A stretch of DNA of 64,000 nt. Source: an uncultured Desulfobacterales bacterium (GTDB lineage: Bacteria > Desulfobacterota > Dissulfuribacteria > Dissulfuribacterales > QOAL01). The stretch covers positions 37,327 to 101,326 of the forward strand of contig CAZNKD010000009.1 of assembly GCA_964573615.1 (NCBI GenBank), written 5' to 3'. The notes below the pieces were generated by a model, which was not told the DNA's origin, searched no databases, and was given only the letters and a program-made list of their open reading frames with translations. Position numbers and translations under genes: made by a program. Shown piece by piece: positions 8,829 to 18,377 of the stretch. Within the stretch, counting starts at the first letter, position 1; every line of letters starts with the position of its first letter.

Positions 8829-9637
8829 AGGAGCTCTATCTCCTCTGGCCACCGCTTCCTGTCAGGGGTCTCCAGGATGAGGGGCATGGAGTTGAACAGC
8901 GGCTCTTCCATTATGAATCTGAAGGCATCGAGCCCGATGGCACCCTTTCCCAGGGGGGCATGTCTATCCACCCTGCTTCCAAGGCCCCGTTTGGAGTCGT
9001 TCAGATGGCAGGCCTTCAGATATTGGAGCCCTATCGTGCGGTCAAACTCATCCATGACCTTCAAAAAGGCCCTGGGTGTCCTGATATCGTAGCCTGCAGC
9101 AAAGGCGTGGCAGGTATCCAGACAGACACCGGCCTTTGCTGATGCCCTGTCGCCAAGGAGATCGAGGACGTATGCAATGTGCTCGAACCTGTAGCCCACA
9201 TTGCTCCCCTGGCCTGCGGTGTTCTCCATTACGAGGGTGATGTCGGGATAGGCCGCCATGGCCCTTTCCATATTTGCGGCAATGAGCTCGAGGCACTCCT
9301 CCTCACTCGTCATCCTGAGATGGCTTCCGGGATGGAAGTTGATCATGGTGAGAGAGAGCTGGCTGCACCTTTCGAGCTCATCGAGAAAGGCCTCGAGTGA
9401 CCTGCGATTCTTTTCCGGCTCGGGATGGCCCAGATTTATGAGATAGCTGTCATGTGGGAGGATGTGATCTGGATGAAATCCGAAGGAGTCGACATTTGCC
9501 TTGAACTGCCGGATCGACTCTGGGCTGAGGGCCTTTGCGCTCCACTGCCGCTGATTCTTGGTGAAGAGGGCAAAGGCCCTGGCGCCTATGGCTGCAGCAT
9601 TCTTGGGCGCATTGTCCACTCCGCCCAATGCGCTCAC
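8792..9637 (-). CDS. nfo: Deoxyribonuclease IV (endonuclease IV)
   Basis: AFALFTKNQRQW, HDSYLINLGHP and the rest of the sequence show collinear similarity to E. coli Nfo. The start is uncertain (see finding). The 3' end overlaps bioC convergently by 37 nt. Confidence 0.9.
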   Translation of the reverse strand: MSALGGVDNAPKNAAAIGARAFALFTKNQRQWSAKALSPESIRQFKANVDSFGFHPDHILPHDSYLINLGHPEPEKNRRSLEAFLDELERCSQLSLTMINFHPGSHLRMTSEEECLELIAANMERAMAAYPDITLVMENTAGQGSNVGYRFEHIAYVLDLLGDRASAKAGVCLDTCHAFAAGYDIRTPRAFLKVMDEFDRTIGLQYLKACHLNDSKRGLGSRVDRHAPLGKGAIGLDAFRFIMEEPLFNSMPLILETPDRKRWPEEIELLYSFLTISSSRT

Positions 9638-9666
9638 ATGGGCGCCTACGAACTTTCCGCGTGCCG

Positions 9667-10296
9667 TTATACCACCGCCTCCTGGACCCTTCTTTTGACC
9701 TCGTAGAATACCCTGTACTCCCCGTCCTTTTCTTTGAGGAGCTGAGGCACCAGCTCATCAAGGCGTCCAATATCCATGGGATTGAGACATACGTCAACCC
9801 CACGGTAGAAGGCATCGAGCTTGTCATGTCTGTTCCCTGCAAGATGGATGTAGGCCAGGAACATCTTCCTGCGGCTCTCTGGCGGGATTCTGTTGAAGTA
9901 GTCCAGGATCTCCAGGAGCTTCTCCTCAGGATCCGGCCTTCCTTGGTAGAGCAGCACCAGATCAAAGATATTGAACCTGAGCAGATGGGCAAGTTCGGCC
10001 CTGTCACTTATGGAGCGCACCTGGAACTCAAGCGAGTTCAGCTTGGACTCCATCTCCATCTTTGCCTGTATGTCCGGACAGTAGATGAGGGCAGTCTTGG
10101 TATCTGGATCGAAATACTCGATGGGCCTTTGGGATTCGGCAGACGGGGCGGCAGCAGAGCTGCCTCCTGACGAGGCGGCAGATACCCTTATCTTGTGACC
10201 GCACTCCACGCACCTTACCACCACATGGCCTGTCGAGGGGATCTTGGAGTCGTCGATGCGGTAGGCGGTTGAGCACTCAGGGCACTTGAGATCCAT
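9667..10296 (-). CDS. MJ0042-type zinc-ribbon protein with a C-terminal receiver-like (probably non-phosphorylatable) domain
   Basis: The N-terminus MDLKCPECSTAYRIDDSKIPSTGHVVVRCVECGHKIRV is a CxxC...CxxC zinc ribbon. The C-terminal roughly 130 aa has beta-alpha periodicity resembling CheY-like folds. The gene starts 3 nt after the pilU-like stop. Confidence 0.75.
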   Translation of the reverse strand: MDLKCPECSTAYRIDDSKIPSTGHVVVRCVECGHKIRVSAASSGGSSAAAPSAESQRPIEYFDPDTKTALIYCPDIQAKMEMESKLNSLEFQVRSISDRAELAHLLRFNIFDLVLLYQGRPDPEEKLLEILDYFNRIPPESRRKMFLAYIHLAGNRHDKLDAFYRGVDVCLNPMDIGRLDELVPQLLKEKDGEYRVFYEVKRRVQEAVV

Positions 10297-10298
10297 GG

Positions 10299-11486
10299 CT
10301 ATATCCTCCTGTCTGCGGATGAGACCATATGGCCATACTCCATATCGATCTCGAGATCGTCTATGTCAGAGGTGACCTCGCCCCTTCCCGCCTTGATCTT
10401 GTCTATTCCCTGGCGCACCTTGGCCCTGGAGGAGGCATAGGCAAGGGCTGTCTCCTCGTCGATCACCTCCTGCTGATAGAGCCTGATGATGTGCTGATCG
10501 AAGGTCTGCATGTCGTAGGCATGGCCTGCATCGATGATCTCGTAGAAGGTCTTTCCCTCGCGCTCGCCGTTTATGATGCTGTCCTTGACCCTGATATTGT
10601 TCTGCATGATCTCGAATATGGCCACACGCCCCCCCTGGCGTTTCGGAAGAAGTCTCTGGCCCACCACCCATCTCAAGGCCTCGGCCAGTCTGGACCTGAC
10701 CTGCCGCTCCTCTTCCGTGGAGAACATACCGAGGATACGGTTTATGGTATGGCCTGCGCTCACGGTATGGAGGGTGCTGAAGACCAGATGGCCGGTCTCG
10801 GCCGCATTGAGGGCGATCTCCATGGTCTCACGGTCACGGATTTCGCCGACCAGTATCACATGGGGGGCCTGACGAAGGGCGGCCCTCAGGCCATTGGCGA
10901 AGGTGTCGAAATCATGGCCGAGCTCCCTCTGGTTGAAGGTGGCGTTCTTGGACTGGTGCAGATATTCCACCGGATCCTCCAGGGTGACCACATGGAGGGG
11001 CTCTGAGCGGTTTATCTCGTCGAGGATGGCCGCAAGGGATGTGGTCTTACCGGTGCCGGTTGCACCAGTGAAGAGTATGATCCCGTTCTTCTCCCTGGCC
11101 ATCTTCTTGAAACAGTCGGGAAGGCCCAGTTCGTCAATGGTTGGCACCCGGCTCTCCAGCTTCCTCATGACGATGCTGTAGCTGCCCTGCTGTGAGAAGA
11201 CGTTCACACGAAAACGCGGTCCGTCGTCGAGCTTGTATGAAAAGTCACAGGAGCCGTGAAGGAACAGATCACCAAGAAGCCTTCGATCGTTGTCCATGAG
11301 ACAGAGCGCCATCTGCTCTGTCTGGAACGGCACAAGCCGCTTGGTGGCCAGATCCACTGGTACCTCGTGGAGCTTTCCGTCGGCAGCGATCTGAAACGGC
11401 CTTCCGCATGTGAAGTTCAGGTCCGAGATCCGGGGGTGTGCCGCCAGCATCTCCTCTATTATCTGGTTCAGTTCAGCTCTTCTCAT
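10299..11486 (-). CDS. PilT/PilU-family type IV pilus retraction ATPase paralog (PilU-like)
   Basis: Walker A GATGTGKTT, Walker B ILVGEIRD and His box FSTLHT. It lacks the PilT AIRNLIRE signature. Confidence 0.85.
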   Translation of the reverse strand: MRRAELNQIIEEMLAAHPRISDLNFTCGRPFQIAADGKLHEVPVDLATKRLVPFQTEQMALCLMDNDRRLLGDLFLHGSCDFSYKLDDGPRFRVNVFSQQGSYSIVMRKLESRVPTIDELGLPDCFKKMAREKNGIILFTGATGTGKTTSLAAILDEINRSEPLHVVTLEDPVEYLHQSKNATFNQRELGHDFDTFANGLRAALRQAPHVILVGEIRDRETMEIALNAAETGHLVFSTLHTVSAGHTINRILGMFSTEEERQVRSRLAEALRWVVGQRLLPKRQGGRVAIFEIMQNNIRVKDSIINGEREGKTFYEIIDAGHAYDMQTFDQHIIRLYQQEVIDEETALAYASSRAKVRQGIDKIKAGRGEVTSDIDDLEIDMEYGHMVSSADRRI

Positions 11487-11498
11487 GCCTTTAGCCTC

Positions 11499-12584
11499 CT
11501 AACCTACTTCCGTGAAGTCCAAGGGGGCACTCCTCGCATAGGGCTTGAACTTGGCCTTGTCCACGCACTTGGAGTAGGCCTCGTCCGGGTCTATCCAGCC
11601 CTTCTGTAGAAGCTCCATGATGGCGTCATCGAGGGTCTGCATCCCGAACTTCTTTCCGGTCTGCATGGCAGAGGGGATCTGATAGGTCTTGCCCTCACGG
11701 ATGAGATTCCTCACGGCTGGTGTGGCAATGAGGATCTCAAAGGCCACACACCGTCCCGGTATGTCTATCCTCTTGAACATCGTCTGGGAGATGACGGCCC
11801 TCAAGGCGTCTGCCAGAGTGGCCCTTACCTGTGGCTGCTGATGGGTGGGGAATATCTCGATCACCCTGTCCACGGTCTTGGCAGCGCTGATGGTGTGGAG
11901 GGTGCCCATGACCAGGTGACCTGTCATGGCCGCCTCGATGGCCAGGGAGATGGTCTCGAGATCCCTCATTTCACCCACCAGTATGATGTCCGGGTCTTCA
12001 CGCAGGGCACCCCTCAGTGCGGCACTGAAGCTCTTGGTGTGCACCCCCACCTCGCGATGGTTGACGAGGCAGCCCTGGTGCTCGTGCACGAACTCGATGG
12101 GATCTTCAATGGTGATTATGTGATCCTTTCGGTTCCTGTTGGCGTGGTCCAGGATGGCCGCCAGAGTGGTCGACTTACCGCTTCCGGTTGGACCTGTTAC
12201 CAGGACCAGCCCCCTCGGGAGCATGGCAAGCTTGGTCATGACGTCTGGAAGTCCGAGCTGTTCCGCAGTCAAGATCTTGCTCGGGATCTCCCTGAATACT
12301 GCCCCAACGCCGTTTTTCTGCATGAAGAAGTTGGCACGGTAACGGGCAAGGCCTGGAATCTCGTAGCCGAAGTCGACGTCCCCGCTCTCTTCGAACTCTT
12401 TGATCTTGTTCTCAGGGGCTATCTCGTATAACATTGCCTTCAACTCGTCGTTGTCCAGGACCTTATATTTGACCCGCTGCATGTCGCCCCTTATGCGTAT
12501 TACAGGCGGTGCCCCTGCTACCATGTGGAGGTCGGAACCGCCCTGCTCGTGCAGCAGCTTGAAAAATGCATCTATTTTTGCCAT
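11499..12584 (-). CDS. pilT: Type IV pilus twitching motility ATPase PilT
   Basis: GPTGSGKSTT, ILVGEMRD, GTLHT and the PilT signature AVRNLIREGK. Confidence 0.92.
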   Translation of the reverse strand: MAKIDAFFKLLHEQGGSDLHMVAGAPPVIRIRGDMQRVKYKVLDNDELKAMLYEIAPENKIKEFEESGDVDFGYEIPGLARYRANFFMQKNGVGAVFREIPSKILTAEQLGLPDVMTKLAMLPRGLVLVTGPTGSGKSTTLAAILDHANRNRKDHIITIEDPIEFVHEHQGCLVNHREVGVHTKSFSAALRGALREDPDIILVGEMRDLETISLAIEAAMTGHLVMGTLHTISAAKTVDRVIEIFPTHQQPQVRATLADALRAVISQTMFKRIDIPGRCVAFEILIATPAVRNLIREGKTYQIPSAMQTGKKFGMQTLDDAIMELLQKGWIDPDEAYSKCVDKAKFKPYARSAPLDFTEVG

Positions 12585-12705
12585 ACCTTTATAGAATCCT
12601 CCTGACAGTTCTGGTCGAAACTGCTCATCACGGATGGCTATCCGGTCTTTCGTACTCCTTATCGGCTCAAGGTCAGGACAGAATTAAGCGAAAAGAGATA
12701 GTGAT

Positions 12706-13395
12706 ATGGTTTCATTAGAACAGCCCATTATCCAGATGAAGGGCGTGGAAAAGGTCTATCCAGGCCATAGCCCTGCCCTCAGGGGGATCGATCTCGAGGT
12801 GGCAAAGGGGGAGTTTGTCTTTCTCACAGGCCCAAGCGGCTCGGGAAAGAGCACCCTGCTGAAGCTTCTCTTCTGTGCAGAGCGTCCCACCAAGGGCAGC
12901 ATAATCGTGGACGACATGGATCTGTCCACCCTGTCTCCCTCCCAGGTGCCCTTCCTGCGACGCAAGGTGGGGGTGATCTTCCAGGACTTCAAGCTCCTGG
13001 GGAACTATACGGTATTCGACAACGTGGCCCTGTCCCTGGAGGTGCTCGGGCTCAAGCGTGAGCAGCTCGAACGCAGGGTCAAACAGGTTATAGAGGGGGT
13101 TGGCCTCAAGGAGAAGATGAACCGCAAGGCCATCCAGCTCTCAGGGGGCGAGCAGCAGCGCGTGGCCATCGCCAGGGCCGTGGTGAACCGTCCTCCGATC
13201 ATCCTGGCCGACGAGCCCACGGGCAACCTCGACCGGGAACGCACCTCCGAGGTGGTGGAGCTTATGAACGAGCTGAACGCAAGGGGGGCTACCATCATAT
13301 TCGCCACCCATGACGAGACCCTATTCACAAACACCCATCGCAGGGTCCTTACCCTGAGAGACGGTATCCTGGAACGGGACGAGAAGAAGAGATGA
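12706..13395 (+). CDS. ftsE: Cell division ATP-binding protein FtsE
   Basis: ABC ATPase motifs [17 protein letters not shown] and ILADEPTG. Followed by ftsX with a 4-nt overlap. Confidence 0.92.
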   Translation: MVSLEQPIIQMKGVEKVYPGHSPALRGIDLEVAKGEFVFLTGPSGSGKSTLLKLLFCAERPTKGSIIVDDMDLSTLSPSQVPFLRRKVGVIFQDFKLLGNYTVFDNVALSLEVLGLKREQLERRVKQVIEGVGLKEKMNRKAIQLSGGEQQRVAIARAVVNRPPIILADEPTGNLDRERTSEVVELMNELNARGATIIFATHDETLFTNTHRRVLTLRDGILERDEKKR

Positions 13396-14276
13396 TACTT
13401 GGCATAGTCACAAAGAGGGCCTTCAGGGACCTCAAGCAGAACTTCATCACCCATTTCATGACCACAGGGGTTGTGGCCTTCTCCTGCCTCCTGTTCGTGA
13501 TATTCGGGCTCATCTCATACAACCTCCAGCACTTCGTGGAGAAGTTCGGCAGGGAGCTGGCCATCGTGGTCTATCTCAAAAAGGACGTCTCCCAGGAGGA
13601 GATCCCCGGTCTCTACAAACGCATCTCATCCCTGGAGGGTGTGGAGTCGGTCAACTTCATATCCTCCGAAGAGGCCTACAAGAAGCTCGAAGGCTATCTA
13701 AAGGATGAAAAGGAGGTCTTGAGGGGGGTGGACCCCCTGTTCCTGCCCCCTTCCTTTGAGGTGCAGATCAACAGGGCGGCCTTCAACCTGGACAGGATCA
13801 GGCAGCTTGCAGCCGAGATGGCCAAGTGGAGCGAGGTCTCCAAGGTCCAGTATGGACAGGAGTGGGTGGACAGGCTCGAGGCCTTCTCCAGGGTGATGAG
13901 GAATGTGGCCCTGATAGCAGGTGCACTTCTGCTCTTTACAGCCACCTTCGTGGTCTCGAACACCATAAAGCTGACGGTCTATGCCAGACAGGAAGAGATA
14001 GAGATCATGCGTCTCGTTGGTGCCACAAACGGCTTCATTCAGGGCCCTTTTCTCATAGAGGCGTTCCTCCAGGGCTTTACAGGGGCCGCCATTGCCATAG
14101 CCGTGAGCTGGGCCATATATGACTATCTATCAAAGATCATAGGCCAGACACCAATCCTGCAGGACATGGACCTGCTCTTTCTCCCGTGGAGTTATGCAGC
14201 ATCCGTCCTCGGGGCAAGCTCCATATTCTGCGTGTTGGGCACCTATCTCGCTCTTAGAAGATTCCTCAAGCTATGA
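13392..14276 (+). CDS. ftsX: Cell division permease FtsX
   Basis: Four-TM FtsX topology, coupled to ftsE and to the envC-like gene by ATGA-type overlaps. Confidence 0.9.
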   Translation: MILGIVTKRAFRDLKQNFITHFMTTGVVAFSCLLFVIFGLISYNLQHFVEKFGRELAIVVYLKKDVSQEEIPGLYKRISSLEGVESVNFISSEEAYKKLEGYLKDEKEVLRGVDPLFLPPSFEVQINRAAFNLDRIRQLAAEMAKWSEVSKVQYGQEWVDRLEAFSRVMRNVALIAGALLLFTATFVVSNTIKLTVYARQEEIEIMRLVGATNGFIQGPFLIEAFLQGFTGAAIAIAVSWAIYDYLSKIIGQTPILQDMDLLFLPWSYAASVLGASSIFCVLGTYLALRRFLKL

Positions 14277-15487
14277 CGGGTTTTATAAGGCCAACCGCCC
14301 TGTCCCTGCTCTTTCTGTTAGCGGCACTGCTGCTGCCTGCACTCCAGCACTCTGCCCTGCCGCAGGAAGGGGCAGTGCTCCAGGAGCTCGAGGCCCAGAA
14401 GAGCAGGCTCAAAAGCCTTGAAAAATCCATTGAGAAAAAGAGACAGCGGGCCAGGAAGATAAAGGCACTCCAGAGGGATGTCCTTTCAGAGCTCTCACGT
14501 CTGGACGAACAGATCTCGCAGCAGTGGGAGCGTTTGAACCAGGTGAAGAAGCGCTGGACCCAGACGGAGATGGAGCTCGAGGAGCTAAAGAGGCAGATTG
14601 TCCAGGAGGAGAAGGCCCTTGACGAGCTTAAAGGTTTTATCGAGTCCAGGCTTCGTGTCCTTCGGGAGCTCGGCACCATCGGGACCCTCAACGTGCTGCT
14701 GGCGGCAGACAGTCTGCCGGAGCTCCTGTCACGCCAGGAGTATCTGAAGCTCATCCTCAAGTACGATCAGCAGCGCAGAGCCGAGTATCTGGATCGCCTG
14801 AAGGAGCTCGACTCCAGGAAGGAGGCCCTTGCCCAGAAGCAGGAAGAGCTGAAGGAGTTGAGCGTCGCCCTGGAGCAAGAGGCCATCGCCCTTGAGGAGC
14901 GGCGGCAGGAGAAGCTGGCCTATCTGGATGAGCTGAAGGCCCAAGGGATAAAGTATCGCTCCATGATAAGCCAGCTCGAGCGCGCCAAGAAGAAGCTTAA
15001 AGGGGTCATAGACGAACTCACTGCCAAGGCCGCAGCCACCGGAGGCTACAGGGTCAAGGAGCTCAGCGGGGAACATCATGACCAGTTCAGTTTTGCCGCC
15101 CAGAAGGGGAGCCTCAACCTGCCTCTGGATGGCACGGTGATCGTCTTTGCCCGCAGGAAGGATGTCCCTGGCATTGCAGTAGAGGCGCCCTGGGGCAGTG
15201 AGATCAGGGCCATATTCGATGGACAGGTGCTCTATAGCAATGTGCTGCCCGGTTATGGTAATGTATTGATCATGGATCACGGTGAGGGCTACTTCAGCCT
15301 CATCGCCCAGGCAGAGCGTTTCTTCAAGGAAGTGGGGCAAGAGGTTGCAGAAGGAGAGGTAATTGGTATATCTGGGGGTGGTCCCTGGGTTCCAGAGGGA
15401 ATATATATCGAGATAAGACATTCCGGAAAACAGGAAGATCCCCTCAAGTGGTTCGATCTCAGGGGAATGGAGATAATCAAGAGGTAA
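14273..15487 (+). CDS. EnvC-like murein hydrolase activator (coiled coil plus degenerate LytM/M23 domain)
   Basis: Signal sequence, long coiled coil and a C-terminal LytM fold (GYGNVLIMDHGEGYFSLIA) without an obvious HxxxD/HxH set. Conserved ftsEX-envC synteny. Confidence 0.85.
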   Translation: MTGFIRPTALSLLFLLAALLLPALQHSALPQEGAVLQELEAQKSRLKSLEKSIEKKRQRARKIKALQRDVLSELSRLDEQISQQWERLNQVKKRWTQTEMELEELKRQIVQEEKALDELKGFIESRLRVLRELGTIGTLNVLLAADSLPELLSRQEYLKLILKYDQQRRAEYLDRLKELDSRKEALAQKQEELKELSVALEQEAIALEERRQEKLAYLDELKAQGIKYRSMISQLERAKKKLKGVIDELTAKAAATGGYRVKELSGEHHDQFSFAAQKGSLNLPLDGTVIVFARRKDVPGIAVEAPWGSEIRAIFDGQVLYSNVLPGYGNVLIMDHGEGYFSLIAQAERFFKEVGQEVAEGEVIGISGGGPWVPEGIYIEIRHSGKQEDPLKWFDLRGMEIIKR

Positions 15488-15494
15488 ACCTTTC

Positions 15495-16847
15495 ATGAAG
15501 AGCGATCTAAAGAGTCGATTCAGGCACCTTGTCATAATCGTTGTCCTTGCAGCCATCTGTGGATTTGGCATCCATCAGGTCAGGACCCAGCTCGCCATAG
15601 CCAAGATAGACAACACCTACGAGCAGCTGAAGCTCTTTGCATCGGTCCTCGACCTGGTGGAGCGCAACTATGTGGAGGAGGTCTCCCCACAAAAACTCAT
15701 CTATGGGGCCATCAACGGGATGCTCACATCCCTGGACCCCCACTCCTCTTTCATGAAGCCGGACGACTTCAAGGAGCTCCAGGTGGAGACCAAGGGCAAG
15801 TTCACGGGAATCGGAATCGAGATCACCATAAAGGACGGGGTGCTGACAGTGGTCTCACCCATCGAGGGGACCCCTGCCTACAAGGCCGGCATCCAGGCCA
15901 ATGACAAGATCTTGAAGATCAACGGCAAATCCACCAAGAACATGAGCCTTCTCGATGCCGTAAAGCTCCTCCGCGGCCCAAAGGGCACAGAAGTGACCAT
16001 ATCCATCTTCAGAAGCGGCTGGAACGAGCTCAAGGACATCAAGCTCATAAGGGACGTGATCCCGATAAGGAGCGTCAAGTCCAAGCTCCTGGAGCCGGGC
16101 TTCGGTTATGTGCGTATCTCCAACTTCCAGAGGAACACCACGGATGAGCTGGAAAAGGCCCTCGACAGCCTGGAGAAGAAGGACAGGCTCAGGGGCCTGG
16201 TCATGGATCTCAGGAACAATCCGGGCGGGCTCCTGGACCAGGCGGTAAAGGTGGCCGATGAGTTCCTCGACTCTGGCCTCATCGTCTATACGGACGGCAG
16301 GATAGAGGACCAGAAGATGAAGTTCACCGCCAGGCCCAACGGCCATGAATATGACTTCCCCATAGTGGTCTTGGTAAACGGCGGAAGTGCCAGCGCCTCA
16401 GAGATCGTTGCAGGTGCGCTGCAGGACCACCACAGGGCGGTCATCCTCGGGACCCAGACCTTTGGAAAGGGCTCTGTACAGACCATCATCCCCCTGGAGG
16501 ACGGGGCTGCAGTGAGGCTGACCACAGCCCTCTACTACACCCCAAGCGGCAGATCCATCCAGGCCAAGGGGATAACACCGGACATAATCGTACCCTTTGA
16601 ACCCCCAAAGAAGCAGAAAGAGAAGGAAAACGGCTTCCCCTTCATAAAGGAGAAGGACCTTGAGGGGCACCTGGAGAACAAGAGCGAGAAAAATGACAAG
16701 AAGGAGTCCAAGAAGGAAGAGATCAAGCCGGACGAACAGCTCGAAAAGGACAACCAGCTGAGAGAGGCCCTTCGCATTCTCAAGGCCTGGGAGATATTTT
16801 CAAAGATGCAGGAGCACGGACTCAAGAAGGCAGCAGGCGGCTCGTAA
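15495..16847 (+). CDS. S41 C-terminal processing peptidase with PDZ domain
   Basis: PDZ (GIQANDKILKING) and S41 catalytic region (GGSASASEIVAGALQD...TFGKGSVQ). Confidence 0.9.
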   Translation: MKSDLKSRFRHLVIIVVLAAICGFGIHQVRTQLAIAKIDNTYEQLKLFASVLDLVERNYVEEVSPQKLIYGAINGMLTSLDPHSSFMKPDDFKELQVETKGKFTGIGIEITIKDGVLTVVSPIEGTPAYKAGIQANDKILKINGKSTKNMSLLDAVKLLRGPKGTEVTISIFRSGWNELKDIKLIRDVIPIRSVKSKLLEPGFGYVRISNFQRNTTDELEKALDSLEKKDRLRGLVMDLRNNPGGLLDQAVKVADEFLDSGLIVYTDGRIEDQKMKFTARPNGHEYDFPIVVLVNGGSASASEIVAGALQDHHRAVILGTQTFGKGSVQTIIPLEDGAAVRLTTALYYTPSGRSIQAKGITPDIIVPFEPPKKQKEKENGFPFIKEKDLEGHLENKSEKNDKKESKKEEIKPDEQLEKDNQLREALRILKAWEIFSKMQEHGLKKAAGGS

Positions 16848-16879
16848 GCCAATAACAGGGTCAGATAAGATGGCACTCA

Positions 16880-16915
16880 AGGCGGCCTCCGGTGATGGAA
16901 GAGGCCGCCTTTTTA
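16880..16915 (+). terminator. Rho-independent terminator after the S41 peptidase gene
   Basis: 10-bp stem AGGCGGCCTC/GAGGCCGCCT, 11-nt loop, then TTTTT. Confidence 0.75.
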
Positions 16916-16943
16916 GTCCCTTGTCTCCCGAGGAGATTTTCAG

Positions 16944-17864
16944 ATGGCTGCAGCCAAACGGGTAAAAAGGCCCAGGAAGAAGGGGAGCAAAAAGGGGATG
17001 CGGGCGCGGTTTCCCGGCCTCCTCTTCTCGCTGGGGCTTCTCATGGCCTCAGGGCTTGTCCTTGCCGTGATATACCTGATTCCCATACCTGTAAAGGGTC
17101 CAGGCAGGGCAGCCGGGCCTGTCTACGAGGACTTCAAGCCTGCACCAAAGACGGTGCCTGTGCCGCAGAAGAGGGAGCGTGCCAAAAGAAAGAGCCATAT
17201 CCCTGAACGTCCGAAGGTGGCCATAATAATAGACGATATGGGGCACAATCCCCACATAGACCGGCTCTTTTTCAGGCTTGAGCCAACACTGGCCTTTGCC
17301 TTTCTGCCATATGCCAGATACAGCAAGGGCCTGGCAGTTGAGGCCAAAAGATCGGGCCACGACGTTCTCGTCCATATCCCCATGGAGCCTGACAATCCGG
17401 CAATCGATCCCGGGCCCGGGGTGCTCACCACCAGTATGGATCTGGACCAGCTCATAGGGGCACTGGACAGGGCCATGAAGCAGGTGCCGGGTGCGGTAGG
17501 CATAAACAATCACATGGGCTCCAAGTTCACCACGGACAGACAGGCCATGGAGCGTTTTCTGGCACTGGTGCGCAGCAAGGGGCTCTTCTTCGTGGACAGC
17601 CGCACCACGGCAAAGACTGTCGCCTATGAGACCGCCCGCTCCATGGGGGTGCCGTGCGCCCAACGGGCAGTCTTCCTTGACCCTGAGCCAGACAGGAAGA
17701 TAGTGGAAAGGGAGCTCAAGAGACTGGTCAGCTTGGCCAAGAAGAGGGGAAGTGCCGTTGCCATAGGCCATCCCCACCGGATCACCTATGAGGTACTCTA
17801 CAAGAGGCTTCCGCTCATAAAAAAGCAGGTGAGACTGGTTCCCATTCACCGCCTGGTGGAATAA
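16944..17864 (+). CDS. Divergent polysaccharide deacetylase family protein (YibQ-like)
   Basis: IIIDDMG...FLPY...GHDVLVHIPMEP pattern. Conserved position after envC and the ctp protease. Confidence 0.85.
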   Translation: MAAAKRVKRPRKKGSKKGMRARFPGLLFSLGLLMASGLVLAVIYLIPIPVKGPGRAAGPVYEDFKPAPKTVPVPQKRERAKRKSHIPERPKVAIIIDDMGHNPHIDRLFFRLEPTLAFAFLPYARYSKGLAVEAKRSGHDVLVHIPMEPDNPAIDPGPGVLTTSMDLDQLIGALDRAMKQVPGAVGINNHMGSKFTTDRQAMERFLALVRSKGLFFVDSRTTAKTVAYETARSMGVPCAQRAVFLDPEPDRKIVERELKRLVSLAKKRGSAVAIGHPHRITYEVLYKRLPLIKKQVRLVPIHRLVE

Positions 17865-17954
17865 TCTGCTTGGCACAACCAGATATGGCTGACATAAAGG
17901 CTGGACAGGCCTGAAAGCCATCAAACTTGCAGAGAGTGCAGGAGTCGATTTTTC

Positions 17955-18341
17955 ATGGACAAGGAGAAAAGAGAGCAGCAAAAACGCTACGGAGAGGAGG
18001 CGATCTCAAAGGCCCGGCTTGAGCCCTGGCCAAATCCCTCGCCCGAGCAGGACTATACCATAGAGATCAGCTTTCCTGAGTTCACATGCCTCTGCCCCAG
18101 ATCGGGGTATCCGGATTTTGCCAAGATTTTGATCAGCTATGTGCCGGACAGGTACATAGTGGAGCTCAAGTCCCTGAAGCTCTACCTGAACAGCTATCGC
18201 AACTCATACATATCCCACGAGGAGGCAACCAACAGGATATTCGCCGATCTGAAGGCGTGCCTCAACCCCAAGAGGCTGAAGGTGGTTGGCGATTTTCATC
18301 CGCGCGGAAACGTCCACACGGTCATAACAGTGGAGATGTAG
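17955..18341 (+). CDS. queF: NADPH-dependent 7-cyano-7-deazaguanine (preQ0) reductase, unimodular type
   Basis: [14 protein letters not shown] active-site Cys region and the [14 protein letters not shown] QueF motif. Confidence 0.93.
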   Translation: MDKEKREQQKRYGEEAISKARLEPWPNPSPEQDYTIEISFPEFTCLCPRSGYPDFAKILISYVPDRYIVELKSLKLYLNSYRNSYISHEEATNRIFADLKACLNPKRLKVVGDFHPRGNVHTVITVEM

Positions 18342-18377
18342 CAGGAAATAGCAGCCACCTGCCCCCCTTGTCATCCG

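Noticed and set aside
14729-15571. 280-aa minus-strand ORF over envC-like. Similar long shadow ORFs occur at 17049..17981, 18399..19562, 23676..24863, 25347..25994, 27918..28841, 35256..36119 and 40788..41567.
   Set aside because: Each lies antisense to a gene with clear family motifs. None has motifs of its own. These are expected shadow frames in GC-rich DNA.
17865-17954. Looked for a preQ1 riboswitch or a sigma-54 promoter (TTGGCACAACC) upstream of queF
   Set aside because: No preQ1-like hairpin or A-rich tail is visible, and the TGGCAC is not followed by TTGC at the right spacing.
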